Of a stretch of DNA of 64,000 bases, positions 37,799 through 44,681 are shown piece by piece. The notes below the pieces were generated by a model that made no database searches, was not told where the DNA came from, and saw only the letters and a program-made list of their open reading frames with translations. The translations under genes were made by a program, and so were the position numbers. Numbering within the stretch: position 1 is the stretch's first letter; each line of letters opens with the position of its first letter. Source of the stretch: Candidatus Heimdallarchaeota archaeon (GTDB taxonomy: Archaea > Asgardarchaeota > Heimdallarchaeia > Hodarchaeales > Hodarchaeaceae); assembly GCA_019057635.1 (NCBI GenBank), contig DXJL01000113.1, forward strand, positions 6,737-70,736, in the 5' to 3' direction.

Positions 37799-38587
37799 AT
37801 GAAGATTGAATTTATTGGAATACAAACGAAAATCATTACTACAAATGATAGAGATATTGTCCAGTTTGTTAAAAACGCCCTGAGGGAAAATGAATGTGAA
37901 CTTCAGGATAATGATTTTGTAATTATAGCTAGTAAAATAATTTCAACAGTAGAAGGGTGTCAACACAAAATTTCTGATATTAAGGACATTAGACAAGAAT
38001 CTTATGAACTAGCACAAAAATCTCGACTCGACCCCCGATTTGTGGAATTAGTTTTTCGTGAATCTGATGAAATAGTTGGTGCAGTACCAGGTGCAGTGCT
38101 TGCATTAAAAAATGGTATTCTTCAAGCAAATGCAGGGGTAGATCAGAGTAATTCGGGTGGTAAGGAATATTACATAACTTTACCTAGAGATCCTGTTGAA
38201 ACTGCTAATAAAATTCATTTACAACTTGAAAACGAGTTGTCTGTCTTAATTGGAGTTATAATCGCTGATTCGAAGACCCATCCTTTACGTAGAGGTACAT
38301 CAGGTTTTGCACTGGGTGTTGCAGGATTCTCACCTATAATTGATGACCGAGGAACTATGGACCTTTTCAATCGAAAAATGAACATAACTACAAGAGCTTT
38401 GGCTGATAACCTTGTATGTGGAGCAGAAATATTAATGGGGGAATCAAATGAGCAGATCCCAATAGTTATCGCAAGAGGATATGAAAAGATACCAGCACAA
38501 GCAATAATAGATGTTTATGAAAATAATGAACTGATGAAAATGAATCCTGTTCAATGTATCTATATAGGTCCGCTCTGGAAGAAATAA
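37799..38587 (+). CDS. CofE-like gamma-glutamyl ligase family protein (F420-0:gamma-glutamyl ligase homologue)
   Basis: ANAGVDQSN and GVIIADSKTHPLRRGTSGFALG match CofE-family motifs. Confidence 0.55.
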   Translation: MKIEFIGIQTKIITTNDRDIVQFVKNALRENECELQDNDFVIIASKIISTVEGCQHKISDIKDIRQESYELAQKSRLDPRFVELVFRESDEIVGAVPGAVLALKNGILQANAGVDQSNSGGKEYYITLPRDPVETANKIHLQLENELSVLIGVIIADSKTHPLRRGTSGFALGVAGFSPIIDDRGTMDLFNRKMNITTRALADNLVCGAEILMGESNEQIPIVIARGYEKIPAQAIIDVYENNELMKMNPVQCIYIGPLWKK

Positions 38588-38606
38588 TTATTGAAAGGGA
38601 TTAGAA

Positions 38607-39476
38607 ATGCAAATAGTTGGTGAAATTGGAGGTATCTCTTTTGGAGATGGATATAAGACTATAATTATGGGGGTCATGAATCTTTCACCGTCTTCTTTTT
38701 ACAAAGGAAGTATTAAAAAAACTCCAAGCGACATTCAGGAGAATATCCTTGAGTTTGTAAACGAAGGGGTTGATATAATTGATGTGGGAGCAATTTCTAG
38801 TGCACCCTCATTTATCTATAATTCTGTTGAGGATGAATCGGAATCTGTGGAATTAGAAAGATTAAAGATGTTTTTTGATGTAATAAATGAAATAGGTTGC
38901 AATATTCCCATTTCTGTTGATACTCAATCCCATAAAACAGCCAATTTTGTGTTAAAATCCGGTGCATCCATGATTAATGATATTTCAGGTTTAAAATCCG
39001 ATCCAATGATGGCAGACACAGTTTCTGGTTATGACGCTTCGGTTTCTGTAATGGCTTGTCAATTTCAACCAGGAGATGTATTTAAAATCCCTGATATAAT
39101 AAATGAGTTGGAAAAAAGCAAAGAATTAGCAGTAAACGCTGGTATTTCACGAAAAAAGATAATAATAGATCCTGGATTAGGAGCTTGGGTACCAAAAAGA
39201 AATACAAAAAATGATTATATGATAATTAAACAATTAGAGAAAATGAGAGTTATAGACCAGCCTATATTGGTTGGTATTTCACGAAAATCGTTTATTGGGG
39301 CAGTAATAGAGAAAACTTCCGAAGAACGATTGTGGGGATCCTTAAGTGCTACCTCCATTGCTATTTCAAATGGAGCTCATATTGTTCGAACACATGACGT
39401 TAGAGAAACCAAAGATGCATGTTTAGTAGCTGATTACATAAAATTCCTAGATGAAAAAGAAACTTCTTATAAATGA
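38607..39476 (+). CDS. folP: Dihydropteroate synthase-like pterin-binding protein
   Basis: The pterin-binding TIM-barrel motifs are IMGVMNLSPSSF and IIDVGAISSAPS (compare IIDVGGESTRPG), with the C-terminal region GISRKSFIG. Confidence 0.7.
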   Translation: MQIVGEIGGISFGDGYKTIIMGVMNLSPSSFYKGSIKKTPSDIQENILEFVNEGVDIIDVGAISSAPSFIYNSVEDESESVELERLKMFFDVINEIGCNIPISVDTQSHKTANFVLKSGASMINDISGLKSDPMMADTVSGYDASVSVMACQFQPGDVFKIPDIINELEKSKELAVNAGISRKKIIIDPGLGAWVPKRNTKNDYMIIKQLEKMRVIDQPILVGISRKSFIGAVIEKTSEERLWGSLSATSIAISNGAHIVRTHDVRETKDACLVADYIKFLDEKETSYK

Positions 39477-39531
39477 TTCAGAGATTGAATATATGATACA
39501 TAATCTTAAAACTTCAACGTAGGTTTACACT

Positions 39532-40137
39532 TTGACCAATCTAGATGAATTCTTTGGGGATAATCAATCCCAAAATGTTGATGCACTAATCGCAGTAACC
39601 AAAAAATTCTTTGTGTTTGTTTCACAATTAGCAGAAATTGTCGATGATCTGGAAAGAAAGTATGCTGAACTGAGTAGTAGAATTAGTCAGATTTCCCAAC
39701 AACCTTCGGCTCCACCTCAGCTCTCTGCTCCAGGATTAACCTCTTCACCCCCTGATTCTCAACCAATTGCTCCATCAGTTGGTCCTTCCCCACCAACCGC
39801 GCCTCCACCAAGCTTACCCACTCCACCAGCATTTCCAACTCCTCCATCGCCAGTACAAGCTCAACCATCAGCAGTACCTACACCCGTTTCCGCGAACGCT
39901 CCCCCACAGCCTGCTGGATCCATGCCATCACCATCTAGTCTTCCACCCTTACCTGGACAATCACCTGCCCCTCCATCACCAGGTTTAGCGCCACCTACCG
40001 TAGGTGGACAAATGGGAGGTGCACGGCCACCTACGCCTCAGGCTCATCCATCCCCAATGAGTTTGAAAGCTCAAATGAATATGGAATTAAAGGAAGCTTT
40101 TTCTCGAATACGTAAGGGATGGGATGAAGAGAAATAG
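39532..40137 (+). CDS. Proline-rich low-complexity protein with conserved-looking N- and C-terminal helical segments
   Basis: The central roughly 120 aa are about 35% Pro (PSAPPQLSAPGLTSSPPDSQPIAPSVGPSPPTAPPPSLPTPPAFPTPPSPV...). The DNA is locally GC-rich. Both ends are structured. Confidence 0.5.
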   Translation: MTNLDEFFGDNQSQNVDALIAVTKKFFVFVSQLAEIVDDLERKYAELSSRISQISQQPSAPPQLSAPGLTSSPPDSQPIAPSVGPSPPTAPPPSLPTPPAFPTPPSPVQAQPSAVPTPVSANAPPQPAGSMPSPSSLPPLPGQSPAPPSPGLAPPTVGGQMGGARPPTPQAHPSPMSLKAQMNMELKEAFSRIRKGWDEEK

Positions 40138-40153
40138 ACAATAATGTTTGTTA

Positions 40154-41104
40154 TTACGTTCGTACACCATACAGCAAATTTGCCAACTCTCTTAGGTGTA
40201 CAATCCCTCTTATTTCATATTCAAAAGAGGGAATTTCTTGTAAATCGAATTCATCATATAAATCTTTAATTTTGCCTAAATTCTTGAGTTGATCATTATA
40301 TCTATTCTTGCAGTATGTACACTCAGGATTATCAGGTTGAAGTTGGTTAATGTATATTCGTTTAATAGGAAAAGCAACCTCAAATAATGTACGAATTAAT
40401 CGCTCAGTTTCCCAGATTGCCATGACTGTAGGAATTGTAACTGCGACAAATTCAGTCTCTTCATGATTGCTAAGATGAGTTCTCGCAATCTCAACCTGAT
40501 CTCTCAATTCCTCTAGTTTATCAAAAGCATCTTGTTCATCAAGATCTGTTCCACCACCAATAAGAGATTTAAAACCACTCATCAATCCTCCAATACGACG
40601 GCGCATTTTTATCAACCGAAATAACCAATTTTGGGTCAATTCAGGTAATTGCAAAAGTTTTAATGTGTGTCCAGTTGGAGCAGTATCGAAAACAACGATA
40701 TCGTACTCGGGGTTCTGAATGAATTCTAACAACTGGATAAACGCGACTGTTTCGTCAGTACCTGGAGGGGAGAGAGAATTAGCATCTCCATCTCCTAATA
40801 ATTCACTGAAAGCACCTGTTGGATCTTGTTGGCTTATCATTTCTGAATATGTACTCATTGCCTTATCAGTACTCAGTTCAATTGCCCATAAATTATCAAC
40901 ATTATTTACCTTTATATAATCGTCTCCACCTATCTGTTGATCTAAACTATCAGATACAGAATGAGCTGGGTCAGTTGAAACTAATAATGTATTGTGACCT
41001 AAATCTGCAGCTCGGATAGCTGTTGCTGCGGCCATTGTGGTCTTTCCAACACCCCCCTTCCCTCCAAAAAATAAAAAATGTTTGTTAAATATTGAATTTG
41101 ACAT
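40154..41104 (-). CDS. ArsA/Get3-family ATPase with a CxxC motif (Get3/TRC40-like)
   Basis: The deviant Walker A GGKGGVGKTT, the motif STDPAHS and a downstream ECTYCKNRY (CxxC) are present. Confidence 0.8.
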   Translation of the reverse strand: MSNSIFNKHFLFFGGKGGVGKTTMAAATAIRAADLGHNTLLVSTDPAHSVSDSLDQQIGGDDYIKVNNVDNLWAIELSTDKAMSTYSEMISQQDPTGAFSELLGDGDANSLSPPGTDETVAFIQLLEFIQNPEYDIVVFDTAPTGHTLKLLQLPELTQNWLFRLIKMRRRIGGLMSGFKSLIGGGTDLDEQDAFDKLEELRDQVEIARTHLSNHEETEFVAVTIPTVMAIWETERLIRTLFEVAFPIKRIYINQLQPDNPECTYCKNRYNDQLKNLGKIKDLYDEFDLQEIPSFEYEIRGIVHLRELANLLYGVRT

Positions 41105-41439
41105 AAAAGGGGAGGGTAGGGAACTAAAACAAGAATCTTTTGTTGAGAACTAATTTCGAATGAGTCCTCTAGAGCTTGATCTCAGACAGGATTTTGCATC
41201 TGAGGGTGTTTCTTTTGTCTTTCAAAAGGAATTTATCTTTTCTGATCGGTCAAATATTGTGGACTTCTTTCTTGCACACCATACCTTCTAATAATTGTTG
41301 TACTACATATTCTCATGACTGAATTTATCGGATATACGCAAAAAGATAACTTTGTTGCATCACGATGGAGACTAGCTACAGCAATGAGCTAGTTGATGAC
41401 CTCAGGTGAATACAAATGACAACATTTGATAGCATTTGT

Positions 41440-41700
41440 AATAACCGTTCTGAAAGACTTACCCAAAGAGGACAGCTAGGAATAATTGGGAAAAAATGTT
41501 CTTAACTATCTTTGGAGCTGTTCTTCCTGATTCAGCGACGCGAGCCGGCATTAATGCCGGTCTTACCGCCTCTCCACAGGCGTTTAAGGTCTCCGCAGAA
41601 CTCTCGGCGACGGGAAGTACACATGACTTTCCAGATTGATTCGCAGCTTTTCTTCTTATAAACCTATTAAGCCCTGTAATCAAAACAAATTCGCTTGTTT
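41440..41700 (-). ncRNA. Candidate structured ncRNA in a GC-rich island, with weak RNase P RNA-like motifs
   Basis: About 56 kb of 33% GC background is interrupted by a roughly 150-nt island of over 55% GC. The minus strand reads CUGGAAAGUC (compare CR-I GGAAAGUCC), GGCGGUAAGACCGGCAUUAAUGCCGGC (compare GGUAAGAGCGC plus hairpin) and UUUCAGAACGGUUAUUAC (compare ACAGAACCCGGCUUA). Confidence 0.25.
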
Positions 41701-41972
41701 CCCGCTATTCTAATAGCAAGACGTTACCTAGCGCGTCATTTTAGGTATAATCCCATGAGATCGGTTGAACACTCTGTTAATCATGGATTGTAATCTCTAC
41801 CCCCTTCTCCTAAGATATCCTGCCTTCTATTTCTCTTCTTTCCTAAAAATCATCTTGTCCTATTTGTCCATAAATGTCCATATCTGTCACTCTATCCGAC
41901 AACAGTATTTAACCCTAAGATTTAACAAGACATTCAAATTGGGAATAATTATACCTATATTAGGCGATATTT

Positions 41973-42578
41973 ATGTGGGCTGTATCTAAAAGGTCTCAAC
42001 TTGCTAGAAAGATAATTATCAGCTTTGTTTTTGCTATCCTCTGCTTTAATTATTTATCAGTGCAGGTTAAGGCATCTCCATCAAAAACAACAAATGTTTC
42101 TAACACATATCCTAGCTTATTTGTTACTAAAGTTGTTGATCTTACAGAAGTTACATTAAATGATTCATTTGTTGTAACGATTACGATTAGGAATATAGGT
42201 AATAGCACGGCATATAATGTTACCTTTATTGATACTTTAAATGCTCCTTGGGTTTTTGACGTGGCTGGTTTGACAAAAATATCTTACAGCTGGATTGAAC
42301 CTAATCAAACACGTATATTTAGTTATATAGTTACTGCCCTATCCTTAGGAGAGTTTCAACTTCATTCTGCACGAGTTTACTACCATATATCAGATCAAAC
42401 CGATACCGAGTTCCTAGCTTTTAGTAATTCACTGGATATTGCTGTAACTAAGGCAGAGGAAGATCTTTCGTTGGCAGACCTCAATTCTGCTATAACCTTC
42501 TTACTTATTCTATTTATTCTCAACACAATTCTTACATTACGATTTGTAGCACCTAAGTTAAATCGAAAGAAACCTTAA
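41973..42578 (+). CDS. Secreted or surface protein with a signal peptide, a CARDB/DUF11-like beta-sandwich and a C-terminal TM anchor
   Basis: There are N-terminal and C-terminal hydrophobic segments. VVTITIRNIGNSTAYNVTFID resembles the CARDB pattern, and N-x-T/S sequons are present. Confidence 0.4.
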   Translation: MWAVSKRSQLARKIIISFVFAILCFNYLSVQVKASPSKTTNVSNTYPSLFVTKVVDLTEVTLNDSFVVTITIRNIGNSTAYNVTFIDTLNAPWVFDVAGLTKISYSWIEPNQTRIFSYIVTALSLGEFQLHSARVYYHISDQTDTEFLAFSNSLDIAVTKAEEDLSLADLNSAITFLLILFILNTILTLRFVAPKLNRKKP

Positions 42579-42592
42579 TTTTACTTTTAAAG

Positions 42593-43162
42593 TTGTTAAA
42601 TCGAGAAAGGAAAATGGATACTCCCGTCCCAGCTCTATTAGTGGATAAACATGTTATTGTTTGGAATCATGACCTTGGAAGTAAAATCTATCAATTAGGA
42701 TATTTTGGATCACCAGTTGGGATAAGAAAACCAAAATCTCCGAGATTTGAACGGCCTCTTGAACTAACTTTATTGGAAGCTGCGTTTCTATTAAAAAAAA
42801 ATATAATTCGAATCTCCGAGAATAATCAAGAGATCTCTCATGATAAGTTCCTAACCATCTGTAAAGAACGTTTTGCTAAATTTGAGGATTTGTACGCGGT
42901 TTATAAGAATCTGCGGGATAAAAGATACATCGTACGCCCTGGACTTAAATTTGGAACTGATTTTTCCGTATACCGCAGGGGTCCAGGAATTGATCATGCG
43001 CCATTTCTCGTCTCTATCTTTCCAAAAGAATCGACTATCGAACCTATTGACTTAGTCAGAGCTGGAAGATTAGCCACGTCAGTTCGTAAACGCTATGTTA
43101 TAGCGACCGTCTTATCAGATCAACAAATTAGATATTATGTATTTCAGTGGAATAGACCATAA
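42593..43162 (+). CDS. endA: tRNA-splicing endonuclease
   Basis: The N-domain LELTLLEAAFLLKKN is followed by the catalytic region YIVRPGLKFGTDFSVYRRGPGIDHAPFLV (compare R-G-KFG-DF-VY...HA-F). Confidence 0.75.
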   Translation: MLNRERKMDTPVPALLVDKHVIVWNHDLGSKIYQLGYFGSPVGIRKPKSPRFERPLELTLLEAAFLLKKNIIRISENNQEISHDKFLTICKERFAKFEDLYAVYKNLRDKRYIVRPGLKFGTDFSVYRRGPGIDHAPFLVSIFPKESTIEPIDLVRAGRLATSVRKRYVIATVLSDQQIRYYVFQWNRP

Positions 43163-43171
43163 ACCAGCAAA

Positions 43172-43861
43172 TTACTCAAACGCGTTTGAATAAATGCCGA
43201 CTTGAGGTTCAAAGAATTCACCAGACTCCAATAATTCTGTAATTGCATCATAAATTTGCGCCTCATCAATATTTGGTAATTTTACGACAATGTTGTCCAT
43301 TGTAACACCATTTCCTTGATCCAATTGTTTGACAAGCGTTTTTAATTTATTTTTTAAATCTTCTAGTGATGCAACACCAAGATCAATTCCTTCAACGACT
43401 GCAGATTTTACTTTGATCTCTGTATCAATGTGTTGGCGCTGTTGAACAGTTTTTAATTTGTGATAAATAAACCAATTATCATCCTTGATATTTTCTACAA
43501 TATCAGGAGTAATAAACACATCTACTGTATCGCCTTGTTCAGAAATTTGAATTTGCCCAAGTATTTCGACTTTATCCCACTGAGAAATAGATTCGATACT
43601 ACCATCCCAAGCTTTTACCATTGTAGCTCCACTCCCATCTTCAATTTTTAATCCAACATAATTATTTTCTCCTCCGTATTTCTCAGTTACAACACCAACT
43701 ATCCATATCCGGAACAGAGTTGATCCATCAGCAGTGATTAGACGCCAACGTTCTTCACTATCCTTTGTAACTTCTGCACTATTTATGTTCTGAATTTTGA
43801 CTCGTTTATAGGGAGATCGTCTTTTCATCTGTATTCTCTCATATATTTTGAGTTTATTCAA
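43172..43861 (-). CDS. OB-fold plus C-terminal winged-helix protein, RPA32 (RPA2)-like candidate
   Basis: An OB-like core (RIWIVGVVTEKYGGENNYVGLKIEDGSGATMVKAWDG...VEILGQI) carries a C-terminal helical domain. Confidence 0.35.
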   Translation of the reverse strand: MNKLKIYERIQMKRRSPYKRVKIQNINSAEVTKDSEERWRLITADGSTLFRIWIVGVVTEKYGGENNYVGLKIEDGSGATMVKAWDGSIESISQWDKVEILGQIQISEQGDTVDVFITPDIVENIKDDNWFIYHKLKTVQQRQHIDTEIKVKSAVVEGIDLGVASLEDLKNKLKTLVKQLDQGNGVTMDNIVVKLPNIDEAQIYDAITELLESGEFFEPQVGIYSNAFE

Positions 43862-44339
43862 CCCAAGACTTGTTAATTAGATCAAATGATACGTAGTCTT
43901 CACTTTCAAATAGTACGCCTAACTCATATAGTGCCCTTTCAGGTTTATCTGACGAATGAACAATATTTTTTGTTAAATCAATACCAAAATCACCACGGAT
44001 AGTTCCAGGTTCAGCTTCAGGTGAGTTAGTCGCTCCCGCTAATTTTCTTACGATCTTAACGCAATTTTTTCCTTGGATTGAAATAGCAACTAAAGGACCT
44101 GAAAGAATAAAAGATTTCAGTAGTGGATAAAAACCTTTTTCAACATGAATGTCATATAATTTATCTACATCATCCTCTGTCAATTTAATCATTTTTAAAG
44201 CATTTAACTTTAAACCCTTTCTTTCAATGCGGGAAATAATTTCTCCTATTAAGCCTCTCTGCACTGCGTCTGGTTTAATTACCAATAATGTTTTTTCTGT
44301 CATTTTTTCACACGATTCCTCTGTCACTTCGAGATTCAT
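43854..44339 (-). CDS. ndk: Nucleoside diphosphate kinase; the true start is probably the internal Met (MTEKTLLVIKPD, near 44303)
   Basis: LLVIKPDAVQRGLIGEIISRIERKG and NIVHSSD (an NxxHGSD variant) are present. Confidence 0.8.
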   Translation of the reverse strand: MNLEVTEESCEKMTEKTLLVIKPDAVQRGLIGEIISRIERKGLKLNALKMIKLTEDDVDKLYDIHVEKGFYPLLKSFILSGPLVAISIQGKNCVKIVRKLAGATNSPEAEPGTIRGDFGIDLTKNIVHSSDKPERALYELGVLFESEDYVSFDLINKSWVE

Positions 44340-44544
44340 TTGAAATCTTATTGAATGGGAAGAAATGATACTGGTCTTATGAAGCTACTGTAAAGGAGAA
44401 GATGTTACCTTTTTACTGGTTATCGTTTTAAATCAAATTAAAGGTCGAACTAATTAAATAAGGTACTTGTTTTCAACTATAATAACAAATTGGCATTTTT
44501 TGATAAATTAAATCACATATTACTTCTCGATTAAAAATCTACAA

Positions 44545-44607
44545 TAATAATAATTTCACGTAAAAAATGGAAATCAATAATAATATCACGTAAAAAATGG
44601 AAATCAC
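44545..44607. repeat. Tandem direct repeat of about 32 bp, 2 copies, upstream of hppA
   Basis: aataataatTTCACGTAAAAAATGGAAATCA is immediately followed by aataataaTATCACGTAAAAAATGGAAATCA, which is 29 of 31 bp identical. Confidence 0.7.
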
Positions 44608-44681
44608 TTCGATAAGACCTTATTCTCAATACAGGTCAAAGGAATTTCTAATATTTGGATTTTTGTTATTTAAAATGAAAG

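Noticed and set aside
39683-39988. Alternative-frame ORFs (61 aa on the minus strand, 73 aa on the plus strand) inside the proline-rich gene
   Set aside because: These are by-products of the GC-rich, repeat-like DNA. The 201-aa plus-strand frame has ordinary flanking termini and an upstream RBS-like context.
41459-41683. A 74-aa ORF on the minus strand (MITGLNRFIRRKAANQSGKSCVLPVAESSAETLNACGEAVRPALMPARV...)
   Set aside because: It lies entirely within the GC-rich hairpin-containing island. Its Ala/Arg/Gly/Pro-rich composition is atypical for this proteome. It is more likely a structured RNA or other non-coding element than a protein gene.
41440-41700. SRP (7S) RNA as the identity of the GC-rich island
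   Set aside because: The region shows only a loose resemblance to the helix-8 UCAGG...AAG...AGC pattern and lacks the hairpin with a GGAA tetraloop. The RNase P-like motifs fit better. Both identities remain unconfirmed.
44545-44607. Possible CRISPR array
   Set aside because: There are only two directly abutting copies, with no spacers and no cas genes. It is a simple tandem duplication.
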